From positions 311,488,001-311,552,000 of the forward strand of contig OZ024740.1 of the NCBI GenBank assembly GCA_964016885.1: a DNA stretch of 64,000 nt. The letters run 5' to 3'. Below are positions 29,101 to 39,320 of this stretch, piece after piece. The first letter of the stretch is position 1. Each line of letters opens with the position of its first letter. Position numbers and translations under genes: made by a program. The notes beneath the pieces are model-generated. The model was given only the letters and a program-made list of their open reading frames with translations. It was not told the origin of the DNA and ran no database searches. This DNA comes from Eledone cirrhosa. Lineage: Eukaryota.

Positions 29101-29606
29101 ATTATAAGAGAAGAGTTTCAGGTGAATAGACTTTGCATAGAATATTTTATATATATTAAAAAACAAACAAACAAAAATACATTAATCAGTAAAAAGATAT
29201 GGTAGAGCTTTGTGACATTTGGAAACGTTATCAAAGAGACAATTAAATATAATAAGCAGTTAAATGATCGGTTCGTCGTTCTTTAAATATGTGTTTCAAA
29301 TGAAAGGTTGACTTAATTGGGGTTAAATACAAACAAGAACACGAGAAATCGGTTGATAAATTAAAGGAGAGATTTTTATAAGTAAACGAACTAATTAATG
29401 AACCCTCACTTGATGACCATCTACTACTAAAATTGATTGATGACACATTAAATTGAAATCAAAATTGATAGGACACAAATTTCCCTACTACATATACTTT
29501 TCCCTAAGATTAACAAAATATAAATTTGTACCTTTAGATCATTTTCCGGAAGATATTTGCATTCTTTTGCAATTTCTATCCACTTGTCAACACATTCGTC
29601 CGCCAT
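4853..29606 (-). CDS. PPP6C: Serine/threonine-protein phosphatase 6 catalytic subunit, 10-exon gene model (305 aa)
   Basis: complement(join(29532-29606,17187-17282,15029-15094,12417-12484,11160-11233,10777-10856,9859-9976,7307-7398,5706-5763,4853-5043)) = 918 nt = 305 aa + TGA, with all phases compatible. PPP motifs [24 protein letters not shown] and the C-terminal TPYFL are present. [30 protein letters not shown] and [20 protein letters not shown] are PP6-type rather than PP2A/PP4-type. Confidence 0.96.
5706..5763 (-). CDS. PPP6C: PPP6C exon 9 ([19 protein letters not shown])
   Basis: TAG acceptor, GTAAG donor, RAHQ motif. Confidence 0.96.
6090..6290 (+). repeat. 48-bp minisatellite derived from the RTE/SINE 3' region
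   Basis: GTTGGTG(A/T)CA units at 6161, 6209 and 6257. Related arrays in reverse orientation at about 61850-62090, 37720-37860 and 32260-32420. Confidence 0.75.
7307..7398 (-). CDS. PPP6C: PPP6C exon 8 ((D)[30 protein letters not shown])
   Basis: Starts with AT, completing the GAT (Asp) codon split by the U12 intron; preceded by AA rather than AG/AC; GTAAAT donor. Confidence 0.9.
7399..9858 (-). other. U12-type (minor spliceosome) intron 7 of PPP6C with AT-AA termini
   Basis: 5' site ATATCCTTT (9858-9850) matches the U12 consensus RTATCCTTT. Branch-site-like TTCTTTAAC (7416-7408) ends 9 nt upstream of the 3' end. The junction restores the conserved CDLVWSDP. Confidence 0.85.
8180..9701 (+). 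mobile_element. 5'-truncated RTE-clade LINE (young copy A) inside PPP6C U12 intron 7
   Basis: Intact 259-aa ORF 8305-9084 (Cys-rich insert, [31 protein letters not shown]). The 3' UTR has three 112-bp tandem units (9253-9588) and a (GAT)n tail at 9679-9701. Confidence 0.92.
9859..9976 (-). CDS. PPP6C: PPP6C exon 7 ([39 protein letters not shown])
   Basis: TAG acceptor; ends at a U12-type donor, G|ATATCCTTT. Confidence 0.94.
10777..10856 (-). CDS. PPP6C: PPP6C exon 6 ([26 protein letters not shown])
   Basis: CAG acceptor, GTAAGT donor. Confidence 0.96.
11160..11233 (-). CDS. PPP6C: PPP6C exon 5 ([24 protein letters not shown])
   Basis: TAG acceptor, GTAGG donor, RGNHE motif. Confidence 0.96.
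12417..12484 (-). CDS. PPP6C: PPP6C exon 4 ([22 protein letters not shown])
   Basis: CAG acceptor, GTAAGT donor, GDFVDRG motif. Confidence 0.96.
13500..14545 (+). mobile_element. Degraded RTE LINE fragment
   Basis: Frameshifted remnants ([33 protein letters not shown]). Confidence 0.7.
15029..15094 (-). CDS. PPP6C: PPP6C exon 3 ([22 protein letters not shown])
   Basis: CAG acceptor, GTAAGT donor, phase 0-0. Confidence 0.95.
15475..15797 (+). mobile_element. 5'-truncated family 1 SINE
   Basis: Same body and tail as 41470-41800. Confidence 0.8.
15912..16929 (-). mobile_element. 5'-truncated RTE LINE (copy B), inverted near-identical copy of A, in PPP6C intron 2
   Basis: Same protein C-terminus with only a few substitutions; two 112-bp units; (GAT)n tail. 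Apparent 9-bp TSD CATCCAGCA at 15905-15913 and 16923-16931. Confidence 0.92.
17187..17282 (-). CDS. PPP6C: PPP6C exon 2 ([32 protein letters not shown])
   Basis: TAG acceptor, GTAAGT donor, GDIHG motif. Confidence 0.96.
17460..19945 (-). mobile_element. L1/Tx1-clade LINE remnant (5' UTR, ORF1 with CCHC knuckle, partial RT) in PPP6C intron 1
   Basis: Asn-rich ORF1 start (19175-19552); zinc knuckle [14 protein letters not shown] (CX2CX4HX4C); RT segment [36 protein letters not shown] (about 17640-17750), same family as the element at 59350-61495. Confidence 0.8.
19948..20475 (-). mobile_element. Tandem array of family 2 SINEs with (AAT)n tails
   Basis: Two full copies and one partial copy of GGCAGTATCGGTAGAG...GAGTTCAAATCCCGCCGAGGTTAACTTTGCCTTTCATCCTTACGGGGTCGATAAAATAAAGTACC, separated by (AAT)n. 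Confidence 0.85.
20640..21385 (+). mobile_element. R4/Dong-like non-LTR element, 3' part with restriction-like endonuclease
   Basis: [11 protein letters not shown]...RSDITLV...LIDVACPGD...KENEKIVKY resembles the PD-(D/E)xK endonuclease region; degraded. Confidence 0.8.
21850..22670 (+). mobile_element. Two tandem degraded RTE 3' fragments
   Basis: [14 protein letters not shown] and RRLRWYGY remnants; tail CCCATGCAAGCATGGAAAA...(GAT)n at about 22225-22270 and again at about 22625-22670. Confidence 0.75.
24950..26950 (+). mobile_element. Highly degraded CR1/L2-like LINE RT remnant, interrupted by a MITE
   Basis: [13 protein letters not shown] near 25150; an AFDK-like segment near 25250; QGSV-like near 25835; many stops. 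Confidence 0.55.
25573..25800 (+). mobile_element. piggyBac-type MITE family A (about 225 bp; TTAA TSD, TIR CCCTTTAGCATTTA)
   Basis: TTAACCCTTTAGCATTTA...TAAATGCTAAAGAGTTAA. Other copies at about 5097-5311, 41124-41339, 44900-45116 and, inverted, 53693-53905. Confidence 0.8.
29532..29606 (-). CDS. PPP6C: PPP6C coding exon 1 ([25 protein letters not shown])
   Basis: ATG at 29606; donor AAG|GTACAA; matches the PP6 N-terminus KYLPENDLK. Confidence 0.92.
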
Positions 29607-32097
29607 TTCTGTTAACCTTTATTTTGGAAACCTCAACAAGGGGCATAACTCTGAATTATTATCTGAACACGCTAAATTCTTGATAGGACTAAGTTCATTT
29701 TTACAAAAACTGTATTGTGCTTTATCAACATATTTACACAAAGTCTAAGGAATAAGACATTAATTAATAGTATGTTTTTTTCTTAAAAATCACTGACTGC
29801 AACACTAGAGTAGCTAATCATTACCGACCAGATATTGCAGCAGGCAATTCGACAGAAGGTCATAACCGGCCTGTCAACCTACAGGTTGTTAGATGATAAC
29901 CATAGCGGATAGACTATTCTCCTGCATCTGTTATAGATGTCTTATATTTTACTTAGAGTGAAAGAGATCTATTAAAGGAAATAAATATTTTTTTTTTTAA
30001 ACTATTACTGAAACATGAGATAGACGTCTCCAAGACATTGCAATGAGATAAAAAAGAAATACCAGATGTGCGACACGAATGCAGGAGAATGGCATGTAAT
30101 CTTGTCTCTTTTGAAAATATGACACCCTAGTAGTACAAACATCTATCTACCTTGCTGTTAAAATAGTATTGTCATTGTATACATATATACGAAGTGTTGT
30201 ATATAATAGAGAGAAATGAGTGTTGACTGTAGAAGACCATTGGAGCTAGAGGCAGCTTTACGTGTATTTACATAAATTATCAAATGATTAACAATTTATA
30301 GAAAAAAAAGCAATCAGAGCCGAAAAAAAAGAAAGAAAACAAAAAGCGAGCGAAGACGTGCCTATTCAATTACACGTCACAGCAGTGGACACTGTTATGT
30401 CCCTCTAATAATGTGTGAGGCAAGCCAAGCCTCTCGCGACATGATGGCGAGGCTAAGGCATTGAAATAGCCAAACACACTTGCGAGCATTACTTGATATG
30501 TGAGAAGGAAACAGAGAGTCACTAACTACCTCTAACCCAACGGTAAAAGGTAAGACTATCTGGCCTTTTTCCTATCAATCCAGTTGGCTTCATAATTGAG
30601 GGGATATTGGTTCTGGTTAGAGCCCACTTAATTATTAGGTTCAACTCGTTATAACAAACGAAGCTAGGTCAGAAATTGGGATTCTAAGAGGGCACTATGC
30701 TGGTAGTTGGGGAACCATGACAGGAGGGAAGGATTCAGTGAACTGATCCATTGTCAGCTGATGTTGTGAAGCCAAGTGATTAAGGATTCAGAGCTTGCAT
30801 TTGGAGTTGCTAACTTGAAAGCCCCTACGACGAAGTACTTAAATTATTGACTTCAGTATATTGAGTCTCCTCAAACAAGCATCATCAAGGTACTATCAGG
30901 GCTCCCATCATAGTAATGTCATTGATACCTAGTGCAAATAAGGCAGGCTTGAACTGGTTATTTTGTTGGTCTTGTGAGGGAGATGGAATAAAATGGTCAC
31001 CAAAGAAGAGATGGGAGGGTACCCAATAAGCCTGCCAAACAAAGTGATAGAGTTCTGGGACCCTCTCAATGAGCTGAGAATAACATCACATCTCATGGAA
31101 TTAGTTTGGTGTCCACTCCCAGCTGAATAGGGGAAAATTCTGTGAACTGGTGGTCTGAAACCAATAACAAACACCTTTTACCTGTGAACCACCTAACTGC
31201 TATGGGGCAGAGGTTGCTATTGACCTTAACAAGACCAAACAGTTTAGCACTACAGAACAAAAAGTGTATATAGAAGGGGATTCTCTCAGATGAGAATGTG
31301 TGAATGTGTTCATAAGCTGTATGATAATCTCTAAGAGATTGAGGCCAGCATCATTGATTGACAGTGAGATACCATTGTGAATCCCTGTAGCAGACCCCAT
31401 ACGAAAGTATTGTATTTTATTTATGCGGTGTACTTAAATCCCATTATTCACAATTGTTTAAGACTCAGGGAAATTAAGTCATATCACCAACAATCTGTTG
31501 AATTATTGTGCACTCTCAGTGATTTAATAGCTAAGATAGTACAGCTTAGGCTCATATGAGTCTAACTACTGTCTATCTCCTTACCTGTATTAAAATGTCC
31601 CAATTTATTATATTCCCACAAATAGAAAACTCTACCTTTCTAAGACAGTTATTATATTTTAATGATATATAGTTAGTTATTGTTTTACATGTTTTTTTTT
31701 TCAATTTTTTCATGGGCTGGACAAAGCCTAGAGCTAATCTCAATTTCACAGGCCTCAAACAACTGCAACTGAGAATACAAGACTGGACACCTGTTTAGGG
31801 CTAACCCACAACTGCTGATGGTACTCTTTGTTTTGGTTGTGGGAACTGGAACAAAGTGAAATGAAGTGCTTTGCTTAAGAACACATGTCACTCAGTCTGG
31901 GAATCAAACCCACTACCTTATGATCATGAACTCAACACTTACGTCACTTGAGGGGCCATGTCACATTTTCATCTAAAGAATATATATCTGTGTATGTGTG
32001 TGTGTATATATATATATATACATGTGTGTGTGTGTATGTATATATATACAGGATGCAGCCTCCCATATTTTACATGGTCACTTTGTAAAATATATAT

Positions 32098-34510
32098 CAT
32101 CATCAATCATCATCGTTTAACATCTATTTTCAACACTAACATGCGTTATATGGGTATCCCTTTTGAGGCAAGTCAAGTGAGAAGACCGTGTCTTGCTCAT
32201 ACAGAACTGTTTCTGACTTGGTTTCTATGGCTGGATGCCCTTCTTAACGCCAACCATATTTACAGTGTGGACTGGGTGCTTTTTGCTATGACACCTACAT
32301 GATTGCTTTACACTGTGGACTGGATGTTTTTTTTATTGTAGAACCATAACAACCACTTTACAGTGTGGGCTAGGCACTTTTTGTTGTGGCACCAAAACGA
32401 CCACTTTATAGTGTAAATTGGGGCTGATGTGGGGATGGATGTGTAAAAGCATGGATGAAGGGTGGTGTATTAGGGCGTGAGAATGTATGGAAGGAGGGAA
32501 GATGGGGATTAAGTGGGGCATACTAGAATATCTGCTTCAACCTGTGTGCATCGGAAGACGGGACTTCTGTATTACTGCATAACATCAAAGATCTTGATCC
32601 TGTGTTATTGCCTTTGAGAGGTGCAATTGTGCAGAGTCAGCTTTTATTACCTCAACCCAGGTCTTCCTACTCCAATGCTTCCATCAACTTTGATCGCCCT
32701 GCACCTTTTTATACAGCTGCCATCCTACATACCGCTCACATGGCCATACCAACACAATCTCCTCTCCTGCACACTGATCCCTCTTATGCTCAATTTCTAT
32801 CTCAGTTCATTTACACTATGCCATTGATATATATTACTATTACTCATCCATCAGAGCATGCAGGCTTCATTTCTTTCCATGCAACATTGCTGTTTGTATA
32901 CATGCATCATACAGTCTACCCTTCATTTTGAGGAAAAAACGTTTTGTAACTAGCAGGGGTAGTAGCTCCCTGAACTTTCTCCATCCCATTCTCACTCTGG
33001 TTACTATGCTTTCAGAACATTCTCATCCACTGATAATTTGGTCACCCAGGTAACAAAAACTGTTGACTATTTCTACAGAGCCTTCCAGGCATTTGAGGGA
33101 GCTAGTATCCAGTGAGTCCTTGTTACTTACTAAACCTATGCATTGGCTACATAAAATCAATGTTCTTTGATAGCCTGCCTGTGATCCCACTACATCTCTT
33201 GTGTAACCATAGCTTGCATTTGGGGCATAGGATGGAAATTCTACTTACTCCTTTACTGCACACCGAGCAAGGCCATTTCCCTGAGGGAATCTAGGCTTTG
33301 TTTCCTTTAGTCTTTGACAAGTTGACTTTAAGACCTTTTGATTCTAGGCCATGCTTCCAAGTTTGGAATGTTGTCTCTAATTCTGCCATAGATTCAGCTT
33401 TAAGGGTTAGATTATCTGCACACAGAAGTTCCCATGGGAAGCCAGTCTTGAATTCTTCTGTTATAGCCTGTAGGGCAATAATAAACAAGAATGGGCTAAG
33501 GATGGATCCCTGAGGGACCCCAACCTGCACGCTAAATTCTTCACTATAGTCATTTTTAATTCTAACTTTGCTGACTGTTCCTCTGTACATGTTTTGTCGC
33601 TATAGTCATTGTTAATTCTAACCTTACTGACTGCTCCCCTATACATGGCTTGTACAGCCTTCACAAGTCACTCATCTACTCCTAGTTTGCTAAGTGCCCA
33701 CCAGATAATGGAATGGGGGACTCTGTCAAAAGCTTTCACCAGGTCAACAAAAGATAAGTAGTGGGGTTTACTTTTAGCTAGGTACTTCTCCTCTAGTTGT
33801 CTCATGGGGAAGAGAGCATCCATGGTACTTTTACCTGGCACAAATCTAAACTGCATTTCATCTAGGCTAACTCGATCCCTAATCAGCTGTGCTATAACTT
33901 TTTCTGTGATCTTCATGTCCTGGTCAACCAACTTGGTACCTTTAAAATTTTCTCTATCTAGAGCATCTCCTTTGCCCTTGTAGCAGTTGACAATGCTGCT
34001 GCTATGCCAGTCATTGGGTATGATGCCATTTTGTATTACTTGGTTTACAATATGGGTGACTCTGGTATGACCCACGATCCCAGATGCTTTCAGCATCTCA
34101 GTAACTACCCCAAAGGTCCAACAGCTTTGCCTCTCTTCATATCCTTGATTGCCTTACTTAATATACTACTGCTGACATACATAACCAGTCCTTCTCTTGA
34201 GTCATCTTAGAGCAAACTATCTTCTTCCCATGCATTCTCCTCATTTATTAGTCTTTCATATGGTACTACAATGCTACCTTGTTTTCAGCTTCAGTGAGGG
34301 CGAGTACCCCATTATCATCATGGACACACTTCTCCTCATCAACATCACAATTTTCCATGCAACCTCGCAATCCTGAACACCTCATGCATTTGGTCCTTGC
34401 ATTGCAGAACATGCATAAATTTTTATTTTCTGCTTCTCTTCTTGAAAAGTACACTTGTCATCCAACTTCTCCCCTAGCCTCCTGGAAGTGTTCTCTACTT
34501 TCCCCATCCC
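32098..34510 (-). mobile_element. Older frameshifted RTE LINE (RT domain through 3' UTR)
   Basis: ORF pieces with YKGKGD, FVDLVKAFDRVP, VGVPQGSILSPFLF, ELLCAD and GLKVNLSKTK; (GAT)n tail near 32100; internal tandem duplication of about 50 bp at 33540-33650. Confidence 0.9.
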
Positions 34511-34784
34511 ACCATTCTTTCCATATATATATACGGATGTACAAAACCACCTAGTCCACCCTGTAAGGTGGTTATGTTGGTGACACATCAAAAACTACCC
34601 AGTCCACCCTGTAACATGGTTGGTGTTAAGTAGGTCATCCAGCCATAGAAACCAATTCAAAATACAGATCTTTATCAGCAAGACATGGTCTCTTGACCTG
34701 AATAGTCTCATAATGTGATAACGTGACAACTTGTCTAACCCATGCAAGCATGGAAAATGAACATTAAATGATGATGATGATATA

Positions 34785-34854
<70 letters not shown>

Positions 34855-34961
34855 ATTAGTACATCTACCAACATATGCGTACAGATGTACACTAATACTA
34901 GTAAATATATAAGTTATGTCAAAGTACCTAGGTGGTTCAATGCAGGGAGATGCAGAACAAT

Positions 34962-35276
34962 TATATGAACGACGTAAAATAAGAAAATTTAAAAAATTTA
35001 AAATTAACTTACTTACTAAAATTTTCACTCCAACTAATTAGTTTCTGTCATGGGATAAATATAGTTACGCAATGTAACTATCGAGAATTCATTACGTCAT
35101 CAGAATTCATTACGTCATCAGAATTCATTATGTCATTAGACTCACTGATGACGTAATGAATTCTCGATAGTTACATTGCGTAACTATATTTATCCCATTA
35201 CAGAAACTAATTAGTTGGAGTGAAAATTTTAGTAAGTAAGTTAATTTTTAATTTTAAAATTTTCTTATTTTACGTC

Positions 35277-35285
<9 letters not shown>
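34962..35285. repeat. Long foldback palindrome (arms of about 141 bp) with a hammerhead-like motif
   Basis: Arms 34962-35103 and 35145-35285 are reverse complements with only a few mismatches. The centre has 18-bp GAATTCATTACGTCATCA repeats, and the element abuts (TA)n. Confidence 0.95.
35140..35221 (+). ncRNA. Putative degenerate type I hammerhead ribozyme (Penelope/retrozyme-like)
   Basis: ACTCA-CTGATGA-c-GTAATG...CATTAC-a-GAAAC-TAATTA-GTT-GGAGT; mismatches at the core-proximal pairs of stems I and II. Confidence 0.45.
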
Positions 35286-35319
<34 letters not shown>

Positions 35320-35404
35320 GACAGGCAAAGCTGTTGGACCTTTGGGGATAGTTACTGAGATGCTGAAAGCATCTGGGATCGTGGGTCACACCAGAGTCAC
35401 CCAT

Positions 35405-35790
35405 GGAGGCACATGGCTTAGTGGTTAGAGCATTGGCCTTGCAATCGAAAGGTTGTCAGTTCAATTCTCAGACTGGGTGATGTGTTGTTTCCTTGAGCAA
35501 GACACTTTATTTCACATTGCTCCAGTTCACTCAGCTGTAGAAATGAGATGATAGGGACGGGGGTCCCTATCATTCCACTGCAAAGTGGTTGTGGAGGTGC
35601 CACGGCAAAAAAGTACCCAGCCCACACTGTAATGTGGACATGTAGGCGTCACGGAAAAAAAGCACCCAGCACTCACTATAATTGAGGTAGCTGTTAGGAA
35701 GGGCATCCAGCTGTAGAAATCAAGACAGAATCAGTTCCCGTCCCACCCTTGCAAGCAGGGAAAAGCGGACGTAAAATGAAATGATGAAAT
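35405..35790 (+). mobile_element. tRNA-derived SINE with CORE-like centre and RTE-derived tail (family 1)
   Basis: A-box TGGCTTAGTGG, B-box-like GTTCAATTC, CCTTGAGCAAGACACTT centre, and tail AAGGGCATCCAGCTGTAGAAA...(GAT)n shared with the RTE 3' UTR. Confidence 0.85.
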
Positions 35791-36079
35791 GATATATATA
35801 TATAGTGGGAACAAGACACGATAACCTATAGCTCCAATAATGACAGGTGTAATGCTGAGCGGGTAGTTTGGATATTAGATCTGGAAACTCCTCATCACTA
35901 CTCCATACATATACACCTTCTCTTGTATTTTTCTTAGTGGGCAGCTAGCTGACATCTACAACAGTGTATGTTTTAATGTGTAGTCTGAAATGACAATATC
36001 GGGCCGGTTGTGCATTAATTTGGTGGCATTTTTTTATTTTTAGGTTCTACCAGTAGTCTCTTCTGCCATCTGCAAGCGA

Positions 36080-36330
36080 CGCCTGGGCTGGTTTAGGCAC
36101 GCTTTGAGACTTCCCCCGGAGAGACTGGCGAACCAAGTACTTAAATGGAACCCACAGGGAAGCAGACGGAGAGGGCGACCCAAAATGAACTGGCGCCAGA
36201 CAGTTGAGAGGGACCTGCGAGCAACAAACAGACAATGGCGGGACGCTGTGCAACTGGCTGCTGACCGAATGCGGTGGAACACTATGATTGCCTCATGCGT
36301 CGCAAGACGCAGGAGCTTCTGAGTCTGAGT
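36080..36330 (+). mobile_element. RTE-type LINE 3' fragment (different subfamily)
   Basis: RLPPERLANQVLKWNPQGSRRRGRPKMNWRQTVERDL, a typical RTE C-terminus; CTGAGT repeat tail. Confidence 0.8.
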
Positions 36331-36399
36331 ATTTCTTTGATCCATCAATCTCAACATATTCCTCCCTATTTGATTTGATTTTCATCTTCCGTAATGCCT

Positions 36400-36720
36400 T
36401 TCAGATCGTTCTAGTTATCATATCATGTCTCATGGGAAGGTAGTAATGAGAAGACAGTCTTTCCTTAGTTGACAATAATGTGGCTAACATTTTCAATCTT
36501 TGTTTTGCACAGCCTACATTTATTGTCAACTGATGACCTTCCATTTTGTGCAGTAGGTACTTGATGTTGATATCTTGTTCCTGGATTGCATGGAAATATC
36601 CTTCAAGGTGGAAAGTTATAAACTTGTCAAAACTCCATGTGAGGCTTTTAATATAGTTTATCCCCTCTGGTCTGTGGTTTTCATCTCAAGCACCCATGTA
36701 CAACCTTCTCAGTGAATTGG
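36400..36720 (-). mobile_element. R4/Dong-like fragment
   Basis: EGYFHAIQEQDINIKY-like segment, typical of the region upstream of the R4 zinc knuckle. Confidence 0.5.
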
Positions 36721-37520
36721 TTCATGCATGTATGTATGTACACACATACAGAGTGAGAGAGAGTGAAAGAGGCAAAAAAATAAATAAAACACTAAGGTTA
36801 ATTACTTAGAGATGCCATCCAGATAAAAATCGACACATATTTAATGTAGATCATCAAAAATGTTAATAGAAACACTAATGTAGGGAGGAGAAGGAAATAT
36901 TAGTTAATGACTAATGTTATTTTAATCATTTCAGCAAGTAAGGGAGATAACTGTTGACATATACAAACTGTCTCTGTGAGGCATAGACGTCATCGTATTA
37001 CATATTCTAATTTTCCACGTCTACTCAGGTTACCTAGTGATTCTCTTATCACCATTTTGGCAAAATACGGAGATGTCTGAGAAGGTCTAATATGATTTAA
37101 AAATTCTAGAATTTTCACCTGTATTTGTCAAAAAGATAAAAAATAATAGTCATTGAGCTTATTTATATTCTTCTGTTCTCAATATATTAGTATTTCTAAT
37201 TACATTTTTGAAGTGCTGCTCAGGTGTACTGTTTAACTCCACATAACTCTATATAAACCACATATATTTATATAAGTCTCAGCCATAGAATAGTTGCATC
37301 CCCTTCTATGTTTATAACATTTTAGCTTCAACCTTTGGCCCATACATAAGTGTTATATGTTTGCAACTACTGCTTGCAACTTCACTTGTGGTTGTGTTTG
37401 AATAAAAGGAAAACATTTAGCCAAAATAATTTATCACTGCCAGTACAGTCTGGCAAAGTTCCAGAACCATAGATATAATAGAAGTGGTTTTTATTTACCA
37501 CCCATGAATAACTGACAATT

Positions 37521-37535
37521 ATCATCATCACCATC

Positions 37536-37615
<80 letters not shown>

Positions 37616-37617
37616 CA
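37521..37617. repeat. (CAT/CAC)n microsatellite, expanded tail of a minus-strand RTE/SINE 3' end
   Basis: About 32 trinucleotide units next to TTCCACGCTGGCATG, the reverse complement of the RTE/SINE tail motif. Confidence 0.9.
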
Positions 37618-38304
37618 TTTTATGTTCACTTTCCACGCTGGCATGTTGACACTGTTTGGGACCAGACAGTTAGGAATGACCACTTCTTGCTCATATGTTC
37701 TATATTTAGCATGGTGAACTCTGTACACTTTACAGGATGTACAGAGTGCATTTTTTGTGACACCACTATTACTATTTTACAGTGTCAACTGGGTGCAGAT
37801 TTTCATGACACTAACACAAACACTTTACAGAGTGTACTAGATGCATTTTATTGTGACAGCACCTCTGTTCATCCAAATTGAAGGGTCCTCGCAAACCTTA
37901 TATTATCACCAGGTTGGAACACAGCCAATTTCTGAGAGAGAGAGAGAGAGATAACCAACTACCAGTTCTGTACTAATATATTATTTATTGACCTCAAAAA
38001 GATGAAGGTCATAGTTAATCTTGGGTAGATTTGAACTCAGAAAACAGTGAGCTTGAACAAATAATCCAACACTCTATCACTTTCATATGACATGTACATT
38101 ACTATAATTAGATAAATGAGTGTCAAAGTAATATATCCCAATGATAAATTCATATGAATTTAATTGTTAACATTTTCCCCTCATAAAAACTTACTCCACA
38201 CTATTTCACATCAATTAACTGACACACTATCTAATGGTAAAATGTGTTTCTCACTAGCTTAGTTTTATAGAATTTAGATCACACTCAACAATAATTTTCA
38301 TTAT

Positions 38305-38650
38305 TGGTGAATTGGCAGTATCAGTAGAGGGTTGGACGCCATGCTTTCTAGCATAGTTACGTCCCTTTACAGTTTGAGTTCAAATCCCGTCGAGGTTAAC
38401 TTTGCCTTTCATCCTTACAGGGTCGATAAAATAAAGTACCAGTAATGTACTGGGTAATTGCTGGCCTTGTGCCAAAAGTAGAAACAATTATTATTATTGT
38501 AAACCTCCACTGTCCGTGTCTTTGTATTGTCCGCTACATGTCGGCCCTTGTGGCCAATAAATGAAATCTCGCCGAGATTAACTTTACCTTTCATCTTTAC
38601 TGGATAATTGCTGGCCTTGTCCCAAAAGTAGAAACAATTATTATTATTAT
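38305..38650 (+). mobile_element. Family 2 SINE plus a partial second copy
   Basis: Same consensus as 19948-20475, B-box GTTCAAATC, (ATT)n tail. Further copies at 40270-40470 (+), 50025-50140 (-) and 52337-52492 (+). Confidence 0.8.
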
Positions 38651-39098
38651 TTTTTTTTTTTGTTACATTCTTTGTTTTTGTTTTTATATATATAATTTTT
38701 TTATTTTTACATGCAGAAATTCCCATTTGTACTGTCCTGTGCTGTCCTTAATGTTATACTTTATGTCAACCCTTGTGGTTAATAAAGAAATCATTATTAT
38801 TATTATTTGATGTATATGTAAAATATAGATTTTTTTTTTAATGTAGCCATGTGGTTTTGTTAAGAAATCAATATTTCACACATGAATCAAGTTGTTTATA
38901 CTAAATTCTGTAAAATATTTAGTAAGTGAGATACACATTTTGCCACTAGATGGCATGCCAGTTATCTTTAGAGGTGTGTAACTGATTCTCTGCTGTTCTC
39001 ACTACATTCAAAATCATGATGTAACTAACTACTATATAAAAGTTCACTTAGTTTGCTGCTCTGTGATCAAATTGTATCTTCCATTTTTATCACCAATC

Positions 39099-39320
39099 TC
39101 ATCATCATCATCATTCGTCGACTACTGTCGAGATGATGGATCTCACTCTCATGCCCCAGAATTCCCTGTCCCCCATCGCTGCCCCCAGGTCCTGTCTACT
39201 GATTCCCGTATCCCTAGAGATAACGTCAGGGAATGACAGCTTCCTACTCCTAGTCAGGCTGGAGTCAGGGTTCCAGAGCAAGAGAGCGGATATGATTTCA
39301 TTGCTCGTAGAGATTTTATC
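39099..39320 (-). mobile_element. RTE-like LINE 3' fragment
   Basis: LLWNP...FPDVISRDTG...AAMGDREFW followed by a (GAT)n tail. Confidence 0.65.

Noticed and set aside
30660-31380. GC-richer block, possibly an exon or an old LINE
   Set aside because: No splice-consistent ORF or recognisable motif; left unassigned.
35405-35480. SINE heads as tRNA genes
   Set aside because: A and B boxes are present, but there is no complete cloverleaf and the sequence continues into the SINE body.
37382-37636. Poly-Met ORF
   Set aside because: Translation of a (CAT)n retroelement tail.
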